The notes: generated by a model not told the origin, from the letters alone. 64,000 nt of DNA from Candidatus Levyibacteriota bacterium (GCA_016432345.1 CP066685.1:496236-560235); one strand, 5' to 3'; counted from the stretch's first letter, positions 18,269 to 27,912 are shown. A program made the numbers and translations.

Positions 18269-20044
18269 ATGTGTGGAATTTTTGGATACGTAGGCTTTAA
18301 ATCAAATGCTGCTCAAATAGCGCTTGAAGGGTTAAAATTATTGGAGTATCGCGGATACGATTCTTGGGGCGTTGCGGTAAAGCTTGGAAAAAAATTGGTT
18401 GTTGAAAAACATATTGGGAAAATTACTCTAGCTAAAACAGAGCTTCCAAAGAGCAGTCTTGGTATTGGTCACACCCGATGGGCAACTCATGGAGGAGTAA
18501 CAATAACAAATGCGCATCCACATCTGGACTGTAGCGGCGAAATTGCTGTTGTTCACAATGGAATTGTCGAAAATTTCGAAGATTTAAAACATGAATTAGT
18601 TGCAAAAGGTCATGATTTTAAATCAGGAACAGATACAGAAGTTATAGCACATCTTATTGAGGATTATATAGGAAAAGAAAGAAGCCTGCAGGGTTTTGCT
18701 TCGTCTGTGCGGGACGCGTTTAATCGGCTAAAGGGGTTGAGCGCCATTGTGGTCGCGTATGCGCCATCATCAGAAATTATTGCAGTTAAAACAGGTTCGC
18801 CTCTTGTTGTTGGTGTTTTGAAAAACGAATTATTTGTTGCGTCGGATGCGTCTGCTATTGTACAGCATACTAAAAAAGTGTTGTTTCTCGAGGATAGACA
18901 GATGGTTATTTTGGGTAAAAAGTTGCAGTTACTTCGTTTGCCAGAAGGGAAACAAATAATACCAATATTTCATACTATCAATTGGGAATTTGCAAAAGCA
19001 CAAAAAGGCAAGCACAAGCATTTTCTACTCAAAGAAATTCACGAGCAGCCTAAAGTAATTGAAAATATCGCATTACATTATATTGAGGAAACACAACAGT
19101 TGTCAAAACTTATTACTGATGCATTTGGTACTTTTATGCTTGGGTGTGGTTCTGCATCGTATGCTGCGTTGGCAGGCACATATCTTTTTTCCAGAATTGC
19201 CAAGAAACACGTTAACTTTTCGATAGGTTCTGAATTTACTTATCTTGAGGATTATCTAACGCCAGAGAGTTTGCTGATTGCAATTTCGCAGTCTGGTGAA
19301 ACGATCGATGTGGTTGAGCCGGTTGAGAAAGCGAAGAAAAAAGGTTCACAAATTGCAGCGCTGGTGAACGTTTTGGGTTCAACATTGTATCGTCAGGCAA
19401 ATCATAAAATTCTTCTTGGAGCAGGAGTGGAAAAAGCAGTCATTTCCACAAAAAGTTTTATTGCTATGATATCTGTGTTACTTTTGACTGCGTACACGAT
19501 GGCAAAAAGACAAAATGAAGCGCAGGAAATGCTTCGTCTTGCGGCAAATAATATTCGTCTTATATTACAGGATTCGTATGTGAAGCATATAAAAACTCTT
19601 TCCAAAAAACTTAGCCGTACACAATACGTTTTTGTTATTGGACGAGGATTGTCTTATGCCATAGCTCTTGAAACAACGCTTAAGCTAAAAGAAACCAGTT
19701 ATACCCATGCAGAAGGATTTGCAGGAGGTGAGTTAAAACATGGTGTTATCGCTTTAATTGAAAAGGGAACTCCTTGTATTGTAATTGCTCCACAGGATGA
19801 AACTTATAATGAGATTATTTCCAATGCCCAACAAATAAAGGCCAGGGGTGGATATATTGTAGGTATTGGATCTAGAAAAAATGACGTGTTTGATCTTTTT
19901 TTTGAAACAGCCGATGTTGGAGATGCGACCATGCTTCCGCAGGTAGTTATTGCTCAACTTATTGCATATTACACGGCTTTAGCAAAAGGAATTTCTGATC
20001 CAGACAAACCTCGAAATCTTGCCAAAAGTGTGACGGTAAAATAG
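18269..20044 (+). CDS. glmS: Glutamine--fructose-6-phosphate aminotransferase (isomerizing)
   Basis: It has the MCGIFGY N-terminal nucleophile, two SIS domains and a C-terminal PRNLAKSVTVK. Confidence 0.95.
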   Translation: MCGIFGYVGFKSNAAQIALEGLKLLEYRGYDSWGVAVKLGKKLVVEKHIGKITLAKTELPKSSLGIGHTRWATHGGVTITNAHPHLDCSGEIAVVHNGIVENFEDLKHELVAKGHDFKSGTDTEVIAHLIEDYIGKERSLQGFASSVRDAFNRLKGLSAIVVAYAPSSEIIAVKTGSPLVVGVLKNELFVASDASAIVQHTKKVLFLEDRQMVILGKKLQLLRLPEGKQIIPIFHTINWEFAKAQKGKHKHFLLKEIHEQPKVIENIALHYIEETQQLSKLITDAFGTFMLGCGSASYAALAGTYLFSRIAKKHVNFSIGSEFTYLEDYLTPESLLIAISQSGETIDVVEPVEKAKKKGSQIAALVNVLGSTLYRQANHKILLGAGVEKAVISTKSFIAMISVLLLTAYTMAKRQNEAQEMLRLAANNIRLILQDSYVKHIKTLSKKLSRTQYVFVIGRGLSYAIALETTLKLKETSYTHAEGFAGGELKHGVIALIEKGTPCIVIAPQDETYNEIISNAQQIKARGGYIVGIGSRKNDVFDLFFETADVGDATMLPQVVIAQLIAYYTALAKGISDPDKPRNLAKSVTVK

Positions 20045-20047
20045 CGT

Positions 20048-20752
20048 ATGGAAAAAAAATCAATTGTTATTCTTCATGGGTGGGGATTAAGAGGATCTGT
20101 CTATAAAAATCTTGTTTTAATATTAAAGAAAGAGGGATACTCTGTTTACTTCCCCGATCTGCCTGGGTTTGGAGCAGAGTCGTTGACGAAAGACTCAATG
20201 ACACTCGATGATTATGTAACTTTTCTTCGAAAATTCATAGAAAAAAATAAACTTAAAAAACCAATTTTAATTGGTCATTCTTTTGGTGGAAGAGTGGCAA
20301 TTAAGTATGCATGGCGAAATCCACAACATATTTCCAAACTTATTTTAACCGGCGTACCAGTTATTCGCAATACATCATTTAGAAAAAAAATCGCATTTTT
20401 AATTGCAGTTGTGGGAGGAAAAATTTTGAAAGTTTTTAATCTAAAAATACAAGATATTGGAAAAAAAATCTTGTATAGATCGATTAGTGAATGGGATTAT
20501 TATAATGCGGGACCTCTTAGACAGGTGTTTAAAAATATAATCGGAGAGGAGCTTACTGGATATGCAAAAAGTTTAAAAATGCCAGTTATTTTGGTGTGGG
20601 GAAAAGACGATCGTATTGTTCCGTATACGGATGTTGAGAAGATTAAAAAAATTATTTCTCATGCGCAACCTGTTGTTGTTGCAAATACTGGTCATAGGCT
20701 TCCTTACTTGAATTCTAAAGCATTTTATACTGCGATTAAAAATTTTCTATGA
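20048..20752 (+). CDS. Alpha/beta-fold hydrolase
   Basis: It has the HGWG oxyanion region, the nucleophile elbow GHSFGG and a C-terminal GHRLP (His). Confidence 0.75.
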   Translation: MEKKSIVILHGWGLRGSVYKNLVLILKKEGYSVYFPDLPGFGAESLTKDSMTLDDYVTFLRKFIEKNKLKKPILIGHSFGGRVAIKYAWRNPQHISKLILTGVPVIRNTSFRKKIAFLIAVVGGKILKVFNLKIQDIGKKILYRSISEWDYYNAGPLRQVFKNIIGEELTGYAKSLKMPVILVWGKDDRIVPYTDVEKIKKIISHAQPVVVANTGHRLPYLNSKAFYTAIKNFL

Positions 20753-22338
20753 GTATTCTTTCTTTTTTTACTTCTCTTTTTTTTGGTATATGGATTACTC
20801 GTAATATCCTTTTTTGGATATCACTTTGGCAAACAAAAGAGTATCGTTTTGATCGGATGTGGGCGCATATTAAAGATACAGAGCAAGGAAGAGGTCTGTT
20901 TTTATCCCCCTTGTTACTGCTTAAACTTTTAGGAATTTTTGCTTATGGATTTGTTATCTATGAAAATTCATTGCTTCTTTCGTATCAAGTACTGATTGGA
21001 TTACTTTTTTTGTATCAGGCAAAAGATGTCTTTTTGGAAGTTCGTTCTCACACGCTTAAGAGACCAGTATTTACTCCAAAAGCATTTGTTATTTTTCTTC
21101 TTAGCATTATTGTTGCTTCTGTTTTTTTCTTCCTGCCATTTCTTGAAGAGTCTTTATGGTTTCTTATTTTAGATAGAATTGTACCTATTTTTGTTGCTCT
21201 TTTTATTTTCTTTTTTTCTTTTCCAACAGAACTATATAGGGATTTTCAAATAGGCAAAGCAGAGGAGAAAATTCGAAGAAACAAAAAGCTACTTACTATT
21301 GGGATAACAGGCAGTTATGGAAAAAGTTCTACAAAAGAGTATGTTGCTCAGATTTTAAGAAAAAAATTTAGAGTTCTTAAAACAAAAGGAACAAATAATA
21401 CTGCAATTGGTGTGGCAAATACTATTTTGGCGGGACTACAACAAGCAACAGAAATATTTGTTGTTGAGATGGGTGCGTATAAAAGGGGAGAAATTGCACA
21501 AATTTGTAGAATTGTTCATCCCAAAATTGGCATACTTACGGCGGTAAACAAGCAACACGTTTCTCTTTTTGGAAGTTTGGAGAATACGATTGCCACAAAA
21601 TACGAGCTTATAGATTCTTTGCCCAATAATGGTTTGGCTATCTTTAATGGCAATAATATAAATACAGATAATCTATATCTAAAAACAGATAAAAGGAAAG
21701 TGTTGTATGTATGCGAGAAGTCGGTAAAAAATGCTCAGATTGTCGCAACAAATGTACAAGTTAAAAAAACCTCTGTCTCATTTACCATTGTATATAGGAA
21801 AAAAAAGATTCGACTACAAGCGCCAGTCATTGGAAGTCATACTGTTGAAAATATCTTGCCAGCAATTTATCTTGGACTTTATTTGCATATGAAAGATGAG
21901 GAAATAAGAGACGCAGTATCATCATTTACTCCACCGCAACACACCATGACGCGGCACGAACTCGGAGGTGTTAGTTTGATTGACGATACGTTTAATGCAA
22001 ATCCGCAATCAGTACTTGCCGCACTTTTATATATGAGCATATATACTGAAAAAAAAATACTTGTGATGCAACCAATGATTGAGCTTGGAAAAGATGCCCA
22101 TTTGGAACATAAACGAATTGGAAAGGCAGTGGCAGACGTTTGCGACTATTTGTTGTTAACAAATAATAATTATCGTAAAGACATTCTTGAAGGAATTAAA
22201 AAAGGAGAAAAAAAATGCCATGTATATATTGGAAGCGCTTTGGAAATTATAAAATTTATTGAATCGCATACTAAAAAAGGAGATGTGGTTGTTTTTGAAG
22301 GAAAAGAAGCAGGGTTGCCGCTTGAGAAAATTTTATGA
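20749..22338 (+). CDS. murF: UDP-MurNAc-tripeptide--D-alanyl-D-alanine ligase (MurF) with an N-terminal polytopic membrane domain
   Basis: Residues 1 to about 165 form about 5 predicted TM helices. These are followed by the Mur-ligase P-loop ITGSYGKSSTKE, then VVEMGAYKRGEI and DDTFNANPQS. Confidence 0.75.
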   Translation: MSILSFFTSLFFGIWITRNILFWISLWQTKEYRFDRMWAHIKDTEQGRGLFLSPLLLLKLLGIFAYGFVIYENSLLLSYQVLIGLLFLYQAKDVFLEVRSHTLKRPVFTPKAFVIFLLSIIVASVFFFLPFLEESLWFLILDRIVPIFVALFIFFFSFPTELYRDFQIGKAEEKIRRNKKLLTIGITGSYGKSSTKEYVAQILRKKFRVLKTKGTNNTAIGVANTILAGLQQATEIFVVEMGAYKRGEIAQICRIVHPKIGILTAVNKQHVSLFGSLENTIATKYELIDSLPNNGLAIFNGNNINTDNLYLKTDKRKVLYVCEKSVKNAQIVATNVQVKKTSVSFTIVYRKKKIRLQAPVIGSHTVENILPAIYLGLYLHMKDEEIRDAVSSFTPPQHTMTRHELGGVSLIDDTFNANPQSVLAALLYMSIYTEKKILVMQPMIELGKDAHLEHKRIGKAVADVCDYLLLTNNNYRKDILEGIKKGEKKCHVYIGSALEIIKFIESHTKKGDVVVFEGKEAGLPLEKIL

Positions 22339-23570
22339 AACGACCAATTGCCATCGGACTTTCTCCAAATCTTGAAGGAAAAGATATTTTGTTTGCATTT
22401 CGTTTGTTGTGTATGCCAACTCGATGGCTTCGGGGTAATGGAGAGAAAAGGCTAGAAGCCTGGTTTAATACATTTTTCGCCCCGTTTTCTACAATAAGTT
22501 TTGTCAGTGGTCGTGGCGCACTTTTTGCAGTGCTTAAAGCTTTTGATATAAAAGCGGGAGATGAAGTGATTTTGCAGGCGTTTACGTGTTCGGTGGTACC
22601 AAATGCTATATTGGCCTGTGGAGCAACACCTATTTATGCGGATATAACTGATTCGTTGACTTTTGATTCTAAAAGAATAGAGCAAAAGATTTCAAAAAAA
22701 ACAAAAGCAATTATTGTTCAGCATACATTTGGGATACCAAGTGATATGGAGGTAATTTGTAGCATTGCAAAACAGCACAAGCTTTTTGTTATTGAAGACT
22801 GCGCGCATGTAATTGGTGGAGAGTTAAAAGGGCAAAAACTTGGCACGTTTGGAGATGCGGCGATTTTTAGTTTTGGGAGAGATAAGGCATTTTCATCGGT
22901 TTTTGGCGGTGTGGCGATTACAAAAGAAAAAGATGTTGTTAAAAGATTACAACAGATACAGCAATTACAAGCATATCCTTCGGTTTTTTGGTTGTTACAG
23001 CAGTTGTTGCATCCGATTGCAGCGGGTATTGTTTTGCCTCTTTACGATTTTTTTGGAATTGGAAAATTATTGCTTGTTTTGTTTCAGAAATTAAAATTAT
23101 TGTCTTTTCCAATAAAGTCGGAAGAAAAGAAAGGGAAGATGTCTATCTTCTTTGTGAAAAAAATGCCAAACGCGTTGGCAGAATTGGCACTGTTTCAATT
23201 ATCGAGACTCTCGGAGTTTAATAAAAAACGAGCAGAAGCAGCCTCTTCGTATCTGGAAGCGTTTGGAGTTCAAAACAAAATTATTGAGCAACAAAAAATG
23301 CCTCTCTTGCGGTTTCCACTTTTTGTGCAGAATCGAGATAAATTATTATTTTTAGCAAAGAAACAACATATCTATCTTGGAGCATGGTATAGCGAAATTA
23401 TTGATCCGAAAGGAGTGTTCCTTGAAAAGGTATATTATAAAAGAGGGTCATGTCCAAAAGCAGAAAATATTGCTGAAAGAATAATCAATTTGCCAACTTA
23501 TCCAACTTTATCAAAAGGTGAGCGAGAGAGGGTAATTAATTTTATGAAAGTATATGTACGAAATTCGTGA
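22335..23570 (+). CDS. DegT/DnrJ/EryC1/StrS-family PLP-dependent aminotransferase
   Basis: The sequence shows SGRGALFAVLKA, GDEVILQAFTC, VIEDCAHVIGG and FSFGRDKAFSS (candidate PLP Lys). A hydrophobic insertion of about 60 aa precedes the C-terminal domain. Confidence 0.72.
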   Translation: MKRPIAIGLSPNLEGKDILFAFRLLCMPTRWLRGNGEKRLEAWFNTFFAPFSTISFVSGRGALFAVLKAFDIKAGDEVILQAFTCSVVPNAILACGATPIYADITDSLTFDSKRIEQKISKKTKAIIVQHTFGIPSDMEVICSIAKQHKLFVIEDCAHVIGGELKGQKLGTFGDAAIFSFGRDKAFSSVFGGVAITKEKDVVKRLQQIQQLQAYPSVFWLLQQLLHPIAAGIVLPLYDFFGIGKLLLVLFQKLKLLSFPIKSEEKKGKMSIFFVKKMPNALAELALFQLSRLSEFNKKRAEAASSYLEAFGVQNKIIEQQKMPLLRFPLFVQNRDKLLFLAKKQHIYLGAWYSEIIDPKGVFLEKVYYKRGSCPKAENIAERIINLPTYPTLSKGERERVINFMKVYVRNS

Positions 23571-24576
23571 TATTACAAAAAAGAAAATTTGGGATGATTT
23601 TCTTCTGCAAAAAGAGGTAGTTTTTTACCCTTTTTTTCAAGCATGGGAATGGGGAGAGGTACAGCGGCGTATGGCGCGTAGCGTATGGCGAGTAGGAGTC
23701 TTTGACGAGGAAAAGCTTGTGGCAGTTTGTCAGATTGTTAAGGTAGTGGCAAAGCGCGGTACCTATTTGCATCTTCGGCATGGGCCGGTGCTTTTGCCGT
23801 TTGATTGGGAAGTGTTTGATGAAATTATTAATTACTCCAAAAAGTTGGCTGCTGAAGAAAGAGCGTCGTTTATTCGCATAAGTCCGGTTGTACCAAAGGA
23901 GTACGTGGACTTTGCAAATCTGAAAAAACGCGGTTTTCGGGATAGCGCTATGCACAATATGGATGCAGAGATTTGTTGGGTTTTGGATATAACAAAACCA
24001 GAAAATGAGTTGTTGAAAGAAATGAGAAAGTCGCATAGGTATCTTATTAAAAAAGCCCTTGGAATGGGAATAAAGATAATGGTATCCAAAGACACAGTAG
24101 ACCTTACTAAGTTTTTTCCGTTGTATCAAGATTTATCCAAGCGTAAACATTTTGTACCTCATAAAGGAGTACAGGAGGAATTTGATGTGTTTGCCAAAAA
24201 TGATGAGGAATTGCTTTTTTTAGCAACCTATAATGGAAAAGTTATCAGCGGGGCAATCATTGCCTTTGTTGGTAAAATGGCAATTTATCGTCATGGTGCG
24301 TCGGATAATGAATTTCGGGATATTCCGGCATCGTATTTAATCCAGTGGGAAGCAATGCGAGAGGCAAAAAAGCGGGGGATGGCTATATATAATTTTTGGG
24401 GCATTGCATCAAATGATCGAAAAACCCATCCATGGTATGGATTATCGCTTTTTAAAATGGGATTTGGAGGAAAAAGACTTGAATTTCTTCACGCTCAAGA
24501 TTTACCACTAACTTTTTCCTATTGGAAAACAAATCTTATCGAACGCATCTCGACCTGGAGAAAGGGATATTTTTAA
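23554..24576 (+). CDS. FemAB/FemX-family peptidoglycan aminoacyltransferase
   Basis: 340 aa. The segments FFQAWEWGEVQ, KSHRYLIKKA, MAIYRHGASD and YNFWGI resemble FemAB-family (lipid II peptide-branch) transferases. Confidence 0.72.
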   Translation: MYEIRDITKKKIWDDFLLQKEVVFYPFFQAWEWGEVQRRMARSVWRVGVFDEEKLVAVCQIVKVVAKRGTYLHLRHGPVLLPFDWEVFDEIINYSKKLAAEERASFIRISPVVPKEYVDFANLKKRGFRDSAMHNMDAEICWVLDITKPENELLKEMRKSHRYLIKKALGMGIKIMVSKDTVDLTKFFPLYQDLSKRKHFVPHKGVQEEFDVFAKNDEELLFLATYNGKVISGAIIAFVGKMAIYRHGASDNEFRDIPASYLIQWEAMREAKKRGMAIYNFWGIASNDRKTHPWYGLSLFKMGFGGKRLEFLHAQDLPLTFSYWKTNLIERISTWRKGYF

Positions 24577-24655
24577 ACGACTGTCGTTATAAATGTTGTC
24601 AAATCAAGCTAAATAGATATTTAGTAAAATAATAGTAATAGTGTTTAGTCTGAGT

Positions 24656-24685
24656 TTGCGTAGTATGGGGCAATCGGAGTATAAT
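24656..24685 (+). promoter_or_regulatory. Putative internal promoter for mraY (TTGCGT-18 nt-TATAAT)
   Basis: A perfect TATAAT lies at 24680-24685, 8 nt upstream of the mraY ATG. It sits within the only sizeable gap (117 nt) in the dcw cluster. Confidence 0.4.
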
Positions 24686-24693
24686 ATGAAGTT

Positions 24694-25710
24694 ATGGCGC
24701 AGGTGTTGGGGCTGATTATCCTTTCTTTTTTTATCACAGGCATACTTTTGGTTCCGTTTATTGATTTTCTCTATAAAATAAAGCTGCAGCGGCAGGTGCA
24801 AAAAACCAAGGATATGTTTGAAAAGCGGACTCCGCTTTTTGACAAGCATCATGCTTGGAAAGTAGGCACTCCTTTTGGTGGAGGAGTATTAATTATTGTT
24901 GTAGTATCTATTCTTACCCTTTGGGCATACGGCATGTTTGGTATTCTCATAAAGCCATGGGAGCTTTTTGTGCTCCTTTTTTCCTTTATCGGCTTTGGGC
25001 TACTTGGTTTGTACGATGATGTAAAAAAGCTTGTTAATGGCAAAAAAGCATCGGTTTTGGGCTTGCGCTTTCGACATAAATTCCTAATTCAGTGGTTTTT
25101 GGCCTTTATTATTGCCGCAGTTATGTATACTCAACTTGGGTACTCATTTATTTTTATTCATGGTTTTGGGCTGGCGACCATTGGCATTTTATACGTGTTT
25201 TTTGCCGCATTTGTGATTGTATCTTTTACCAACGCATTTAATATTGCCGATGGATTGGATGGTTTGGCAAGCGGTTTACTTTTAATTTGTCTCGGCGCGT
25301 TTTTGGCAATTGCATCATCCCAGCTTGACGATGCTCTGGGAGTATTTATTGCAGTGTTAATGGGAAGCGTCATGGCCTTTTTGTACTTTAATATTTATCG
25401 GGCGCGGCTTTGGCTTGGCGATGTTGGGTCTATGTCTTTGGGAGCGGCGCTTGCGGTAATAGGGCTTTTAACTGGAAAAACTCTTGCCTTGGCAGTTATT
25501 GGAGGAGTATTTGTTATCGAAGTAGGATCGTCTCTTATCCAAATTTTGGGTAAAAATTTTTTGGGTAAAAAAATTTTTCACGCAGCGCCATTTCACCTTT
25601 ATTTGCAAGAGCGAGGTTGGGAAGAACCAAAAATTGTGATGAGGGCTTGGCTGTTAGGGTTTCTCTTTGCCATTATTGGTTTGTATCTTGCATTTATTAA
25701 AGTTGGGTAG
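24694..25710 (+). CDS. mraY: Phospho-N-acetylmuramoyl-pentapeptide transferase
   Basis: The protein is polytopic and carries the signature NAFNIADGLDGLASG and HAAPFHLYLQ. Confidence 0.94.
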   Translation: MAQVLGLIILSFFITGILLVPFIDFLYKIKLQRQVQKTKDMFEKRTPLFDKHHAWKVGTPFGGGVLIIVVVSILTLWAYGMFGILIKPWELFVLLFSFIGFGLLGLYDDVKKLVNGKKASVLGLRFRHKFLIQWFLAFIIAAVMYTQLGYSFIFIHGFGLATIGILYVFFAAFVIVSFTNAFNIADGLDGLASGLLLICLGAFLAIASSQLDDALGVFIAVLMGSVMAFLYFNIYRARLWLGDVGSMSLGAALAVIGLLTGKTLALAVIGGVFVIEVGSSLIQILGKNFLGKKIFHAAPFHLYLQERGWEEPKIVMRAWLLGFLFAIIGLYLAFIKVG

Positions 25711-25719
25711 GCATGAGGC

Positions 25720-26793
25720 ATGAAAAAAATAGACATAGCACTGCTCGCGACCGCATTGCTTCTGACTTTATTTGGTCTTCTTATGATTTATGATGCTTCT
25801 TCATTTATTGCCTTTAGGGATTTTTTAGATAAGTATCATTATATTAAAGAACAATTTCGTTGGGCGACACTTGGTTTTTTGGGACTTTTAGTTTTTTCGT
25901 ATATTGATTATCACAAACTATATTCTCTTGCGTTTCCTGGTCTTATTGTGGCCCTTGTACTTTTACTTTTGGTTTTTGTACCTGGCATTGGCGTTTATGT
26001 TTTGGGGTCGCGCCGTTGGATTAATACTGGTTTTTTTATCTTGCAGCCTGCGGAGTTTGCAAAACTGGCTCTTGCCATTTATTTGTCTGCATGGTTTTCC
26101 AAAAAAGAAAAAGGAAGGTCAATTGCTTTTTTTATGCTTTTAGGTCTTGTTGTTGGGCTTATTATGCTTGAACCAGATATGGGAACAGCCAGCATTGTGC
26201 TTTTTGAGGCTTTAATCGCGTTTTTTTTATCTGGCGGAAGTATTGCTCTTTTTTTTCTGCTTGGGCCAGTTGTGGCTTTATTTGGATTTATTTTTATTAA
26301 ACTTGAGCCATACCGATTTGAACGATTAACGGCATTTTTAAAGCCAATTGATTCTCTTTCTAATTCTTCGTATCATATAAAACAAATTCTTATTGCTTTT
26401 GGTATGGGAGGTTTTGGTGGAGTAGGTTTAGGAAATTCTATACAAAAATATGCGTATCTTCCCGAGAATACAACAGATTCAATTTTTGCAATCATTGCGG
26501 AAGAGCTGGGATTTATTGGTTCGTTTATATTAATACTGGTGTATATAATTCTTATTTGGAGAGGTTTTCTTATAGCTAGTTGCGCCCGTGATACATTTGG
26601 TAAACTTTTGGCAGGAACAATTATTTCGTTTTTGTCAATTCAGATTATTATTAACTTAATGGCGCAAACTGTGCTTATTCCTTTGACTGGTGTGCCGCTG
26701 CCATTTATTTCGTATGGAGGGTCGGCTCTTGTTGTTGATTTGTGCGCAATTGGAATACTGCTTAATATAGCAAAGCAGGGTAATATGTCATAA
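25720..26793 (+). CDS. ftsW: SEDS-family lipid II flippase/peptidoglycan polymerase FtsW
   Basis: It is a SEDS protein of about 10 TM helices (QPAEFAKLALAIYLS, TDSIFAIIAEELGF, PFISYGGSA). It sits between mraY and murG. Confidence 0.88.
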   Translation: MKKIDIALLATALLLTLFGLLMIYDASSFIAFRDFLDKYHYIKEQFRWATLGFLGLLVFSYIDYHKLYSLAFPGLIVALVLLLLVFVPGIGVYVLGSRRWINTGFFILQPAEFAKLALAIYLSAWFSKKEKGRSIAFFMLLGLVVGLIMLEPDMGTASIVLFEALIAFFLSGGSIALFFLLGPVVALFGFIFIKLEPYRFERLTAFLKPIDSLSNSSYHIKQILIAFGMGGFGGVGLGNSIQKYAYLPENTTDSIFAIIAEELGFIGSFILILVYIILIWRGFLIASCARDTFGKLLAGTIISFLSIQIIINLMAQTVLIPLTGVPLPFISYGGSALVVDLCAIGILLNIAKQGNMS

Positions 26794-26797
26794 AGAT

Positions 26798-27907
26798 ATG
26801 AAAATTCTTATTACAGGAGGAGGTCACTTTTCGCCAGCAATGGCAGTAATTGAGTCGTTGCCAAAAGGCATAAGCGTATTGATGGTGGGTCGAAAGTACT
26901 CATTTGAAGGCGACAACGCGCTATCTATTGAGTATATAGTATGTCAAGAAAGAGGTATTCCATTTATTGCATTATCAACCGGAAGATTACAACGTAAGTT
27001 TACAAAATATACAATTTCCTCTCTTTTGAAAATTCCATTTGGATTTTTTAAAGCACAAAAAATAATGCGTGATTTTAAGCCAGATGTGGTGTTGTCGTTT
27101 GGCGGATATATTTCGCTGCCAGTTGTTTTGGCAGCATATGCGTTTAGGACTCCTATTGTGGTGCATGAACAAACGCTTGAAGCAGGAATGGCAAATAAAA
27201 TTGCATCGTATTTTACGAAAAAAGTTTGTATTTCATGGGAATCATCAAGAAAGTTTTTTCCGAAAAAGAAAGTTGTATTAACGGGAAACCCGATTAGAAG
27301 ATTTAAGATTAAAGATTTAAGATTAAAGATTAAAGATGACGAGAAATTGCCGATTATTTATGTAACTGGGGGGAGTTCGGGGTCGCATGCGATTAACCTG
27401 TTGGTTGAAGGATGTATTGAAGGGCTTTTGGAAAATTTCATTGTATTTCATCAAACAGGCGATGCAAAAGAATTTAATGATTTTGAAAGACTTAATACAT
27501 TTAAAAAAACTTTAAAAAGCTCGTTGCAGAAGCGGTATATTTTAGAAAAATTTGTGCCAATGCAGAATGTTGGAGAGGTAATTAATCGAGCGGATCTAAT
27601 TATATCAAGATCGGGAATCAACACAATAACAGAGCTGTTATTTTTTGGTAAACCTGCAATACTTATTCCTATAACATTTTCTCAAAGAAACGAGCAGTTG
27701 AAAAATGCTACTTTTTTGCAAGAACACGGCTTGGCAAAAGTACTGGAACAAGAGACGACAACAAGCGAAACGCTTTATCAGGAAATTTTAGAGATGCTAA
27801 AGCAGAAAAACGAATATATGAAATCCGCAAAAGAGGCAAAAAAGCTTGTTATTCCAGATGCTCGAGAAAGAATACTTGCTGTACTGCAGCAAGTTGTGAA
27901 AAAATAG
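26798..27907 (+). CDS. murG: UDP-GlcNAc:lipid I GlcNAc transferase MurG
   Basis: It is a GT28 GT-B enzyme with ITGGGHFSPA, VHEQTLEAGMANK, LTGNPIR and VTGGSSGSHAIN. It contains the period-7 cassette at 27301-27335. Confidence 0.9.
   Translation: MKILITGGGHFSPAMAVIESLPKGISVLMVGRKYSFEGDNALSIEYIVCQERGIPFIALSTGRLQRKFTKYTISSLLKIPFGFFKAQKIMRDFKPDVVLSFGGYISLPVVLAAYAFRTPIVVHEQTLEAGMANKIASYFTKKVCISWESSRKFFPKKKVVLTGNPIRRFKIKDLRLKIKDDEKLPIIYVTGGSSGSHAINLLVEGCIEGLLENFIVFHQTGDAKEFNDFERLNTFKKTLKSSLQKRYILEKFVPMQNVGEVINRADLIISRSGINTITELLFFGKPAILIPITFSQRNEQLKNATFLQEHGLAKVLEQETTTSETLYQEILEMLKQKNEYMKSAKEAKKLVIPDARERILAVLQQVVKK
27301..27335 (+). repeat. Period-7 array (ATTTAAG ATTAAAG ATTTAAG ATTAAAG ATTAAAG), 35 nt, in frame in murG
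   Basis: There are five units in two variants. It encodes FKIKDLRLKIKD in the interdomain linker just before IIYVTGGSSG. Confidence 0.93.
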
Positions 27908-27912
27908 ATAAC

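Noticed and set aside
23542-24129. 195-aa ORF on the minus strand
   Set aside because: It is entirely antisense to the well-supported FemAB-family gene, has low-complexity composition and shows no recognisable motifs. It is a shadow ORF.
25709-25722. GGCATGA GGCATGA, two copies of a heptamer at the mraY-ftsW junction
   Set aside because: There are only two units (14 nt) and the second includes the ftsW ATG. It is too short to distinguish from chance and is not counted as a cassette.
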